Part shown: positions 1-8,964 of the stretch, one piece after another
Layout of the letters: the number at the start of each line of letters is the position of its first letter
How positions within the stretch are numbered: the first letter of the stretch is position 1
NCBI GenBank assembly: GCA_965204745.1
Contig: OZ242010.1
Span: forward strand, 3,104,001-3,168,000
Direction: 5' to 3'
Length of the DNA stretch: 64,000 nt
DNA from: Candidatus Latescibacterota bacterium
Lineage (GTDB): Bacteria > Latescibacterota > UBA2968
Translations under genes and position numbers: made by a program
The notes under the pieces: model-generated
Database searches by the model: none
The model's input: the letters and a program-made list of their open reading frames with translations, nothing else
What the model was told of the DNA's origin: nothing

Positions 1-188
1 TCCTCAAGTTGTTTGGGGGGCAGGATTTGTTCAACTTTATCGAAAAGGGCGAGATGCCCGTGGTGAAAGCCACCTATCTGACGTCCGATGGCGCTTCTGC
101 CGAATGGGTGGAGGAAAACCAGTGGACGATTTACCGCCCGGATCTGACGCCCCGAGAGTTGTTCTTCTCGCTGTCGATTGAATATTGA
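1..188 (+). CDS. 3' end of probable TonB-dependent receptor (partial, starts before window)
   Basis: Frame open from base 3 to TGA 186-188. It ends TPRELFFSLSIEY*, a beta-barrel-type terminal strand with an aromatic last residue, and lies upstream of a CTD protein and a PorV-family gene. Confidence 0.55.
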   Translation, partial: LKLFGGQDLFNFIEKGEMPVVKATYLTSDGASAEWVEENQWTIYRPDLTPRELFFSLSIEY

Positions 189-273
189 GAAGTCGTTTTC
201 CGTGACCTATCCCCCAACCTCCCGCGACGAAGCGGGGCCGGGGGAGGGCTTTCATTCATTCCAAAGGAGTTTC

Positions 274-2343
274 ATGATGAGTGCAAAACGCGCATCTCTC
301 TGGTGCTATGTGATCGCGCTGGTTCTGATCTTGCCAGAGGTTGTGACTGCCCAAGTGCCCGAAAGCCAACTCGTGGGCAACAACTCAATTGAGTTCACCG
401 CCGGAAGGTTGTGGTGGGGTACGAGCACTGCGGCAAATTACGCAGAGACGGCGATTCCCAATGTCGTTTCTTATCCCGGCTATTACCAAGCCCCCGACCA
501 CATGGATATGATCGCGCCCTGGATATGGGTCGACAATCAGGGCAGGCGGGTTAAGATCAACCTGACAGAACGGAGCATCGTGTCTTTTGGCGGCGCTGTC
601 CAGCCCATGAGCAACAATTACAATTACAATTTTACAGGGCCGGGCGGCACCGGCGAGGCCGAGCAGTGGGGCGAAGGGATTTTCCAGACGTTCAAAAGGG
701 ATCCCGTCACGGGCGAGGCGATGGGGGCGATGCAGATCACCACCAAGACGATGGTGTGGAGCGTGCCCAAGTACGACGATTTCGTCATCCACAAGATCAA
801 GATCAGGCAGGTGGATGACGTGGTACTCGAAGATTTTTACATGTGTTTTCCCGCTCAAGTGCAGTACAACAACGGTCAGCTCGTGAACAACGCTTTCAAG
901 TTCAAGAACGACATGCAATTCGACTGGGATCCAGAGCGGGAAATTTTCATTTTTTACGACGACGTGCAATGGCCGACCACAGACAGCGCGCCCATTGGGT
1001 TTGACATTTTCGAACCGCCGGGCGATGTGACGGGCGATGGGGGTGACCCCGGCAATATCACCGAGGCGGGATCGCTGGATCGCAGGCTGTACGAACCGGA
1101 AGCCCGGGCCTGGGGCATTGTCGATCTGACTTACAATGGCGAACCCGACGAACCCCATTACAATATCCTCGCTGCGGCTGAATCTGCCACGCGAACGGGC
1201 AACTTCGCGGGTCGAGCGAGCGACGATCGCGTGCCATCGCGCGAGTTTGGCCGCCTGTGGGCCGGCGCGAGTTGGGAGCAAGATTTGCAGGCATTTTCGC
1301 ACGATCAAGAGCGGGCGAGTTGGCTCGATTTGTGGAATGATCCGAGCCGCCCAAAGGACGGGTCCGTGGATGGCAACCTGTTTGAGCGGTCGCCGATGCT
1401 GTATTCCTATCTTGGCCCCTACACGTTTGCGCCCGGCGATGAAATTGAACTGATCATCATCTATTGCTTTGGCGAGATGGACCGCAATGTGTCGCAACGC
1501 GGCGGGTTGGAAGCCACGCAACGATACCAGGCAGAGGGCATTGCTGCGTTGAAGCAGAACTGGGATTCGGCTTTGCAACTGATCGAAAATGATTTCGCAT
1601 TGCCCGCAGATCAGTATCCGCCCCCGCTCGTGGGCACCCAGCCATTCGTCGAAGACGGATACGCCAAGTTGATGGCTGAACCATTTGCCGACGCCAGCAC
1701 TGAAACGCAGGGTTTTACGCTGACTTGGCAGGCCGTGCCGGATAATTACTCAGATCCGGGTACGGGAGAAAATGACTTTGCCGGCTATCGGATTTACCGG
1801 TCGGAGATTCACATCACCGGCCCGTGGGAATTGGTGACTGAAATTTCCGCTGCGGATGCCGCTGCTTATCGGCAAGGTGGCGAGATCGTTTTTCAAGCCG
1901 AGATGGACCCCGGCATTCCCTTCCGCTTTGGCGTGACTTCTTTCGATACCCACGGCTTGGAAAGTGGCTTGACGGCCTATACGTTTTTCCCCCAAGAAGC
2001 TCCGAGAGCGCCTTCCGACGATATGACGCAGATCCGCGTGGTGCCCAACCCGTTCCGGCAACGGAGCGGGTTCCTGGACGCATCTCAGAACAACCGCTTG
2101 GCCTTTGTGAATATCCCGGCCAAATGCACCATCCGCATTTACACGCTGGCGGGCGATCTGGTGAAAATTATCGAACACGACGCTTTTGGAGAGACGACCT
2201 GGGGTAGCCAAGACACCGGCAATTACTTGCAGACGGACTTTTCCGAAAGCCCGGCGGCCGGGCTGTACATCTATCACGTCACCTCTCAGGTGGCGGGAGA
2301 AGAAGGCAAGTCTCACGTCGGGAAATTCATGATCATTCGCTAA
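274..2343 (+). CDS. Secreted protein with Fn3-like region and C-terminal FlgD/T9SS-like sorting domain
   Basis: AAGGAG then ATG 274; signal peptide; DFAGYRIYRS motif; C-terminus IRVVPNPF...IPAKCTIRIYTLAGDLVK...AAGLYIYHV. Confidence 0.7.
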   Translation: MMSAKRASLWCYVIALVLILPEVVTAQVPESQLVGNNSIEFTAGRLWWGTSTAANYAETAIPNVVSYPGYYQAPDHMDMIAPWIWVDNQGRRVKINLTERSIVSFGGAVQPMSNNYNYNFTGPGGTGEAEQWGEGIFQTFKRDPVTGEAMGAMQITTKTMVWSVPKYDDFVIHKIKIRQVDDVVLEDFYMCFPAQVQYNNGQLVNNAFKFKNDMQFDWDPEREIFIFYDDVQWPTTDSAPIGFDIFEPPGDVTGDGGDPGNITEAGSLDRRLYEPEARAWGIVDLTYNGEPDEPHYNILAAAESATRTGNFAGRASDDRVPSREFGRLWAGASWEQDLQAFSHDQERASWLDLWNDPSRPKDGSVDGNLFERSPMLYSYLGPYTFAPGDEIELIIIYCFGEMDRNVSQRGGLEATQRYQAEGIAALKQNWDSALQLIENDFALPADQYPPPLVGTQPFVEDGYAKLMAEPFADASTETQGFTLTWQAVPDNYSDPGTGENDFAGYRIYRSEIHITGPWELVTEISAADAAAYRQGGEIVFQAEMDPGIPFRFGVTSFDTHGLESGLTAYTFFPQEAPRAPSDDMTQIRVVPNPFRQRSGFLDASQNNRLAFVNIPAKCTIRIYTLAGDLVKIIEHDAFGETTWGSQDTGNYLQTDFSESPAAGLYIYHVTSQVAGEEGKSHVGKFMIIR

Positions 2344-2355
2344 GTGGAGGGTAAA

Positions 2356-3420
2356 ATGAAACGCAAATGGACGATGATCCCGATCATGTTGCTCGTGGTC
2401 GGGTTTGCAAGCGATGGGTTCGCCCAGCGCCGCTTCGAGGCAGAAGTGGAAGAGGGCATCGCGCCACTGCCCTATAGCCGCGTGGGGCGGTCGGGCTGGC
2501 AATTTGCCAAATTGCCCACGTCGGCGCGCATGGCGAGTTTGGGTGGGATTGCGACCGTGCTGGGGCGGGGCGATGCCAACGCCGCGCTGACCAACCCGGC
2601 GTCGATGTCCGACGTGGCATCCCTGAGCATTTCGGGCAGCAGCATGAACTGGATCGCCGATATCACCTATTATTCCGGCGCGGTGGTCAAGAGTTTTGAC
2701 CAGTGGGGCGTTTTTGGTCTCAGCATCAACACCCTCGATTACGGGGACATGGTGCGAACCGAGAACCAGGAACAGTTCGGCCCCGACGGCGAAACCCTGG
2801 GCCGCACCCAACCCGTGCTGGATGGCCTGGGCACGTTTTCTGGCGGCGACCTGGCCGTGGGGCTAAACTACGCCCGGCGCATTACGGACCGCTTACAGGT
2901 GGGCGGCACGGTGAAGTATTTTCAGGAAACCTTGGACGATGCCAAGACCGGGAACTGGGCGATTGATATCGGCACTTATTACCACACCGGGATCAAGACG
3001 TTTCGCATTGCGATGCTCGGGCAGAATTTTGGCCCGGATACCGAGTTCACCAAGTACGACGAGCAGATTCAAATTCCGCCCTCGCAAGTGCGGATGCCCA
3101 TGGTGTTCAAACTGGGCGCGGCGGTCGATCTGATCGAAAAGTCAGCGGATCATCCGCATCTGCTCACGCTGGCAACCGAATTTACGCACCCCAATGACGG
3201 AGACGAAAAAGTGCATGTGGCAGCCGAATACGGATTTGGCAACCTGGCCTATCTCCGCGGTGGCTACCGCTTCAATTACGACGAGGAGGGCCTCACCGCT
3301 GGCGGTGGCCTCCACCTGAAGCGCGACCGCTATGGGATCAGCGTGGATTACGCCTACATCGACTTTGGACGCCTAAGTGCGGTGCATGTGGTGACGGTTG
3401 GATTTGAATTTGGAGAGTGA
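2356..3420 (+). CDS. PorV/PorQ (UPF0164)-family outer-membrane beta-barrel protein
   Basis: Signal peptide; motifs SARMASLGG, NPA, LRGGYRFNYDEEGLTAGGG, VDYAY; aromatic-rich C-terminal strand. Confidence 0.75.
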   Translation: MKRKWTMIPIMLLVVGFASDGFAQRRFEAEVEEGIAPLPYSRVGRSGWQFAKLPTSARMASLGGIATVLGRGDANAALTNPASMSDVASLSISGSSMNWIADITYYSGAVVKSFDQWGVFGLSINTLDYGDMVRTENQEQFGPDGETLGRTQPVLDGLGTFSGGDLAVGLNYARRITDRLQVGGTVKYFQETLDDAKTGNWAIDIGTYYHTGIKTFRIAMLGQNFGPDTEFTKYDEQIQIPPSQVRMPMVFKLGAAVDLIEKSADHPHLLTLATEFTHPNDGDEKVHVAAEYGFGNLAYLRGGYRFNYDEEGLTAGGGLHLKRDRYGISVDYAYIDFGRLSAVHVVTVGFEFGE

Positions 3421-3441
3421 CCCGCCTCGCTCTCAATCCCT

Positions 3442-3484
3442 GGGCGCCTGACGGCATCTTGCCCGTCCGGCGCCTATTTTTTTT
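3442..3484 (+). terminator. Probable intrinsic terminator
   Basis: GGGCGCC...GGCGCCT stem followed by a T run. Confidence 0.5.
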
Positions 3485-3496
3485 GGAGGTGTTGGG

Positions 3497-4873
3497 ATGA
3501 ACGATGCCGAGTTGGATAACTACGGTGGCTGGACGGGTATTCAAGGTGAAAGGACCGGGTTTTTTCATCTGGAAAAAATTGATGGGCGAAACTGGTTTGT
3601 CACCCCGCAAGGCAATGTCTTCTTTCCGGTGGCACTCAGCCATCTCTTGTCCGCAGAAAGCGATGCGGCTTGCGAGAATATCTACAAGGGCGACCGAGAA
3701 GCCTGGGTGCGTGACTCGCTCGCAACTGCCCGTGCAATGGGGTTTAATTGCGCCCTGGGCGGCGCCACGAGCCCGGAACGCAACTTGACTGGGTTTGTCG
3801 ATATCGCAGAGGCAGAAGCCATCTTTCGGGAGGAGAATTTCCCCTTTGTGGTCGGCGTGATTTTGCTGAAGCACCCCCGGGAATTTATCGAAGGGGAAAC
3901 ACTTCCCGATATTTTTGATCCGGCGTTTGAACAGGTGATCGAATCCAAAGCCGAAGCGATTTGTCCCGCCGTTGCAGATGACCCGTTCGTGATGGGGTAT
4001 TACTACGGTTTCGGCGCGTTTAACCAATCGGAACATTGGGTAAATCACCATCTGTCCTTGCCCGCAGACAGCCCCGGGCGCAATGCCATCATCGACTTGC
4101 TCGCGCAACGGTATGACGGCGATGTTCGGCAATTCAACCGGATCTACGGCACCTCTTTGGGGCGGATTGCCGATTTGAAACAGACAGCCGTGCTGACCTA
4201 CGACAAAGCCTTCGAGCGGCGCAATTATCGGGCAATACGCAAAACGCTGAATCCGAGGCAACTCAATGATTTTGAAGCCATCCTGTCCCACATGTGCGTC
4301 ACGCTCTACAAAATTGCCCATACCGCGATTCGGCGGTGGGATAGGGCGCATCTCATTTTCGGTTCTTTTATCAAAGAATGGGCTTTGACCGGCGAATCGT
4401 GGAAAGCAGCGGCCCCGTACATCGACATGATCGCCCCTCAACATTTTAACCGCGAGATTTCAGTCAACGAGTTGGCCGATGCCGCAGATTTGCCCATCCT
4501 CATGTCCGATGACTATTTCGGGTTCCACTATCCCGGGGAAAAAGGCAAGCGTCACGCTGGCGTGACCTCTCACGACGCGCGCGGCGAAATATACCGCGCA
4601 AGCCTGATGCGACATTACAAAGACCCACAGGTTCTGGGCGTCACGTATTGCGCCTGTATGTACGATCAAGCAGGGGACTCGTTGGAGAGGAACCTCCAGA
4701 ATGGCTATTACGACATGCAGGGCAACCCACGCGACAAGCTGATCGCGGCAGTGACGGACATCAATCGGGCCGTCTATACACATACCCCGCATCCCGGTAC
4801 CGCCGAGGAGCTTCGAGCATTGGAGCAGACCCTGTTTAATACTTGGGATAAATACAACCGCGGGGATTGGTAG
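3497..4873 (+). CDS. Agarase-like glycoside hydrolase (GH50-related)
   Basis: GFFHLEKIDGRNWFVTPQG and LPDIFDPAF motifs; GGAGG SD. Confidence 0.55.
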   Translation: MNDAELDNYGGWTGIQGERTGFFHLEKIDGRNWFVTPQGNVFFPVALSHLLSAESDAACENIYKGDREAWVRDSLATARAMGFNCALGGATSPERNLTGFVDIAEAEAIFREENFPFVVGVILLKHPREFIEGETLPDIFDPAFEQVIESKAEAICPAVADDPFVMGYYYGFGAFNQSEHWVNHHLSLPADSPGRNAIIDLLAQRYDGDVRQFNRIYGTSLGRIADLKQTAVLTYDKAFERRNYRAIRKTLNPRQLNDFEAILSHMCVTLYKIAHTAIRRWDRAHLIFGSFIKEWALTGESWKAAAPYIDMIAPQHFNREISVNELADAADLPILMSDDYFGFHYPGEKGKRHAGVTSHDARGEIYRASLMRHYKDPQVLGVTYCACMYDQAGDSLERNLQNGYYDMQGNPRDKLIAAVTDINRAVYTHTPHPGTAEELRALEQTLFNTWDKYNRGDW

Positions 4874-5089
4874 GTCGCGCTTAGATTACTGACCTGCCAA
4901 ATAGAGGACAGGCACGGGGGCCTATCCCTACGGTTGATGGGGATAACGCATACGGCGGAGCAGGGATGGGATGGGAACACACTTGGGTAGCGGGGGTGGG
5001 GAGACCGCGCTAAAAAGATCGATGGGGTATGACCACTTGGGCGGTAGCATCTCCCCTACGGTCTCACGTCTCGGTTTTGGGCGGCTGGG

Positions 5090-5240
5090 TGGGGACTGAC
5101 CACTGACTACTGACTACTTGGGCCGTGGCGGGGGGTTGCCTCACGTCTCACCTCTTACGCCTCTCACCTCTTGCCTCTTACCTCTTACCTCTTGCCTCTT
5201 ACCTCTTGCCTCTCACCTCTTACGCCTCTCACTCTCACTT
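5090..5240. repeat. Short tandem heptamer repeats (ACTGACY; CCTCTYA/CGTCTCA)
   Basis: Read directly; related tracts at 23226-23264, 24675-24700, 44208-44266, 44530-44582 and 53487-53510. Confidence 0.8.
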
Positions 5241-5253
5241 GAAAGGACTCACC

Positions 5254-5991
5254 ATGACCATTGAAAAACTTCCCCTGACAGCGGATCGCGTTGCCCAATA
5301 CCACCGCGATGGCTTCTTGCTCGCCTCCGGCCTGATTCCCGAAGCGATTGCGCGAAAGGGCGAAGCCGCCATGTGGGCCGTGATGGGGATGGATGCGGAT
5401 GATCCGGGAACATGGGACCATTTCTCGGACGAAGCACTTGCTTCGACGGTTCAGGCCGGGTTTAAGCCCCAGTCGAAATTGTTCCAATTTTTTGACAATC
5501 GACATCCGGATTTGTTGGCCTGCTACACGCCTGCGATGATGGTTGCCATGGCGCAACTGACCGGCAAAGCGCGGGATTTCTTTCAGCCCCCAAGCGGAAC
5601 CCTAATTCAAAATGTCTTTCCATCAGAAGGCGAATGGGCATGGCGCGGGGCGCATTTTGACGGCGCGGTGAAATCCAAACAGCACGAGACATTCCCCGGC
5701 CCGTTTGTGATCAACTCGATCATTTATCTCAACGATATCGAAAAACACGGCGGGGGCACGGTCGCCTGGCCGGGATCGCACGAGCCTATACGCGCATTGG
5801 CAGAATCCGATCCCGAAAAATACAAATACATGTGGCGATTGGCACAAGACCTGAATCAGGTCGAGATCGGCGAGCCTGTGGAATTGCAACCCAAATGTGG
5901 CGACATTCTGTTTTTCGCCCACTTCTCTGTCCACGCCGCCTGTAAAAACATACGCGACACCCCGCGCTTGGCTTTGCGAAGCCGATGGTAA
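5254..5991 (+). CDS. Phytanoyl-CoA dioxygenase (PhyH) family Fe(II)/2OG dioxygenase
   Basis: YHRDGFL, H-x-D (AHFDG), PGSH, distal His; SD AAGGA before ATG 5254. Confidence 0.8.
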   Translation: MTIEKLPLTADRVAQYHRDGFLLASGLIPEAIARKGEAAMWAVMGMDADDPGTWDHFSDEALASTVQAGFKPQSKLFQFFDNRHPDLLACYTPAMMVAMAQLTGKARDFFQPPSGTLIQNVFPSEGEWAWRGAHFDGAVKSKQHETFPGPFVINSIIYLNDIEKHGGGTVAWPGSHEPIRALAESDPEKYKYMWRLAQDLNQVEIGEPVELQPKCGDILFFAHFSVHAACKNIRDTPRLALRSRW

Positions 5992-6096
5992 AAGCGCGGA
6001 TGACGCGGATTGGGGGCGCAGAGGGCGAAGGGCGCAACAAGGCAACGGGCAGAGCAGGTGAGGATATGTAGGAAGGAAGGCGAAGATAACGCGTCG

Positions 6097-6534
6097 TCAT
6101 TCTGACGTTCGCCGGAAAAGAGGTAATTGTGTCTCTGATGCCTGGAGTAAGGATTCTGCCCATTGGACAACGGCTTGGGCGAGTGTCACCGCTTTTAGAT
6201 ATTCTTCCTCATTAACCGGTTCGGATACATCGCCGGGATAACGTAAAACGGTTGTATAAACAGACAAGTTTGCTACCTGAGAGAGTTCGCGGATTTTGAA
6301 AACATCTTTGGGAAGCATATCGACCAACCGTTCGAGAATATGCGTTTTGGGAAAAGCAATCCCTCTATGTATAAGCACAGCTTTGATGCTCTTTTCCGCT
6401 GCCTGCTGTGCGTGAAAACAGAGAAGTTCGTAAAAGCTGGCTTCCGGTAAAGGGACTTGGGCAAGTGCCAAGTCTCCTTTGGCATACCGAATCCAATCGG
6501 CGGGTGAGCCAGGGGCCGGGGCATCAGAGGGCAT
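6097..6534 (-). CDS. HEPN domain protein (MNT-HEPN toxin-antitoxin)
   Basis: CFHAQQAAEKSIKA, PKTHIL, RYPG motifs; overlaps upstream MNT. Confidence 0.85.
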   Translation of the reverse strand: MPSDAPAPGSPADWIRYAKGDLALAQVPLPEASFYELLCFHAQQAAEKSIKAVLIHRGIAFPKTHILERLVDMLPKDVFKIRELSQVANLSVYTTVLRYPGDVSEPVNEEEYLKAVTLAQAVVQWAESLLQASETQLPLFRRTSE

Positions 6535-6841
6535 AAATTTCTCTCCCTTCTTCCAAAATGGCATAGTAGATCAACCCGATATTATCTCTGTGTTTTTCGA
6601 GACTTTCGGGGGTCGTCACCAAGATGTCAACAGGCAGGGGAATACCCGACATTTTTGTGTGGAGATACTGCGCGGTTTTTCGCCTGTGGACGCCTTCGGG
6701 CATGACGATGAGCACGTCCAAATCGCTGTCCGGGCCCATCTCGCCGCGTGCCGCCGAGCCAAAGAGGATGATTTTGAGCGGATTGACGAGTGCGACAACG
6801 CGCTCGACGAGTTGATCGATAACATGCGAGTCGGGTTTCAT
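6524..6841 (-). CDS. Minimal nucleotidyltransferase (MNT) antitoxin
   Basis: LFGSAARGEMGPDSDLDVL motif. Confidence 0.88.
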   Translation of the reverse strand: MKPDSHVIDQLVERVVALVNPLKIILFGSAARGEMGPDSDLDVLIVMPEGVHRRKTAQYLHTKMSGIPLPVDILVTTPESLEKHRDNIGLIYYAILEEGREIYAL

Positions 6842-6936
6842 GGTCGAGTTCCAAGACGTGAAAAAAGAATCTATCGCCGCTGAAACATAACTTGCGATGT
6901 CTTAAAAGTCAATGCAGGAGTTACAACGACCCATTT

Positions 6937-8922
6937 ATGGCGCAATCCCAATACATTCCCGACCTGCCGAGTGCAGAAGACCCGATCAGGAAAACGGCGG
7001 TGCTGGCGATAGTGGGCACGCTGGTATTTACCTGCGTGATGTCCACGTACATCGAACTGAGCACGCGGTCGGCCCTGCTGGCCATGTCGAATTTGCCGAT
7101 GACCGTGCTCCTGCCATTTGTGTTCTGGTTGCTGGGCAATGCGGTCTTGAAGCGGTTCTGCCCGCGCTTGTCCCTCTCGTCTTCAGAAATGCGCGTGTTG
7201 TTTTGCCTCGTGTGGATCGGCGGGTTATTTGCCGGGTTCAACTGGGCAACGCAATGGGCCGGCATGATGGCGGCGCCGCGGTATTTTGCGTCGCCCGAAA
7301 ACCGCTGGGAAGAATTGTATTTTGACGACTTGCCCGCCTGGATGCTACCGCTCAACAGCCCGGGCGTGGTGAATGGCTTTTACCAAGGGGTGTGGTCTGG
7401 CGTGCCATGGGGCGCGTGGCTCGCCCCGCTTTTTTGGGCGGGGTCCATCGCGCTGGCGATCACGGCCGTGGGCTTGGGATTGACCGCGTTGTTTCAAAAA
7501 CAATGGGCGCAGCACGAGCGGTTGGTCTATCCCCTGGCCGAAGTCTCGTTGGAACTCACCGAGGGCTTTGACCGCAAACCCGGCTGGCCGCCGTTTGTGC
7601 AAACCAAGGTCTTCTGGGTGGGATTTTTGGTGGCCGCGCTTCCCCTGCTGTGGAACATCGGGGCGTACTTCATCCCGGATTTTCCGCGCATCGCAATTTT
7701 CGATCCGATGTTTGGCCCCCAAGGCAGGCGCGGCGTGCAGTTGTCGCGTTATCTGCCGCCCTTTGCGTTTTCGTATCGCATATTGCCCACGCTCTCCGGC
7801 TTCACGTTTTTGTGCGACCTGAACATCTTGTTCAGCATCTGGTCCGTGTTTTTCACCGGCCTCGTCGCGCAATACGGCATGAACCGCGTCGGATTTACCA
7901 TCGGGTTGGAAGGACAGACCGCAGACGGGGGTAGCATCCTGAGCTTGTTCTCCAACGGAGCCATGGCCGGGCTGGCCGCGTGGGGCGTGTGGGCCGCGCG
8001 CGGGCACATCGAGCGGGTCTGGGAACAAGTGAAAAAACCCGTCGCACACGAGGTAGCCGAAACCGCGATCCTCTCGCCCCGCAACACGGTAGTCGCCTTG
8101 GCGGGTGGCCTGCTCTACATGGCGTTCTGGCTGTACCAGTCGGGAAATGGCGCGGTGACGCTCATCTTGTGGATGGCGGCGTTCTGGATCGGCCTGTTTG
8201 TGTCGATGAAATTACTGGCCGCCATTGGCTTTGCGTACTTGTTCCCCTTTTGGGCCGGGGGAACGCCGATCCTGGGCGACATGTTCGTGGGTACGCGCAA
8301 TATGTCCACCGCCACGCTGGTCAGCACGCACATGGTCAATCACCGGTTGCTGGCCGGGTGGCGCGTACCAACGGCCCTGCCCAACATCGACCGGGTGATG
8401 GCGCGGTCGTCCAAGACGAACGGCCTGATCTGGGGCGGCGTGTTGCTCGGCGTGCTGATTGCCGGACTCTATACGATCTGGCTCTGCTACACCTGGGGCG
8501 GTGCCAGTTTTCACTCGTGGGCATTGGAGGGGTCCGCACGCGAGCGGTACAACATCATCGCAGGCGAGGTTGCGAACGCGGACCGCTCGGTGCCAGATCC
8601 AGAAAAAATCGGCGTGTACGCGCTCGGCGCGGTGGGCGCGTTGGTATTTGCCGTGCTCCAAGCGCGGCTACCCTGGTGGCCCATCCATCCGATAGGGCTG
8701 ATGGTGATGTATAGCTGGCAGTTGCGGATTTACGTCTTTAATATCTTTTTGGTCTGGTTGGCCAAGTTGCTCGTGCTGAAATTTGGCGGCATCCTGCTCT
8801 ACCGCCGGGTGCGCCCGTGTTGCTACGGCCTGATCGTGGGATTCGCATTCGCCATCGGCATCGCCTTCCTCGTCGATGTGATCTGGTTCCCGGACCAAGG
8901 GCACGGGGTTCACGGGTGGTGA
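6937..8922 (+). CDS. DUF6785/DUF6784-like polytopic membrane protein (putative transporter)
   Basis: Many TM segments; QWAQHERLVYPL, WWPIHPIG, DVIWFPDQGH motifs shared with two paralogues; start uncertain. Confidence 0.7.
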   Translation: MAQSQYIPDLPSAEDPIRKTAVLAIVGTLVFTCVMSTYIELSTRSALLAMSNLPMTVLLPFVFWLLGNAVLKRFCPRLSLSSSEMRVLFCLVWIGGLFAGFNWATQWAGMMAAPRYFASPENRWEELYFDDLPAWMLPLNSPGVVNGFYQGVWSGVPWGAWLAPLFWAGSIALAITAVGLGLTALFQKQWAQHERLVYPLAEVSLELTEGFDRKPGWPPFVQTKVFWVGFLVAALPLLWNIGAYFIPDFPRIAIFDPMFGPQGRRGVQLSRYLPPFAFSYRILPTLSGFTFLCDLNILFSIWSVFFTGLVAQYGMNRVGFTIGLEGQTADGGSILSLFSNGAMAGLAAWGVWAARGHIERVWEQVKKPVAHEVAETAILSPRNTVVALAGGLLYMAFWLYQSGNGAVTLILWMAAFWIGLFVSMKLLAAIGFAYLFPFWAGGTPILGDMFVGTRNMSTATLVSTHMVNHRLLAGWRVPTALPNIDRVMARSSKTNGLIWGGVLLGVLIAGLYTIWLCYTWGGASFHSWALEGSARERYNIIAGEVANADRSVPDPEKIGVYALGAVGALVFAVLQARLPWWPIHPIGLMVMYSWQLRIYVFNIFLVWLAKLLVLKFGGILLYRRVRPCCYGLIVGFAFAIGIAFLVDVIWFPDQGHGVHGW

Positions 8923-8964
8923 GACGAATAGACAGGGGACCGAGGTCATTTTTGGAGATTTCAC

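Noticed and set aside
40-100. GAAA-loop hairpins suggesting a riboswitch
   Set aside because: The region lies in an open frame ending at 188 that looks like a receptor C-terminus.
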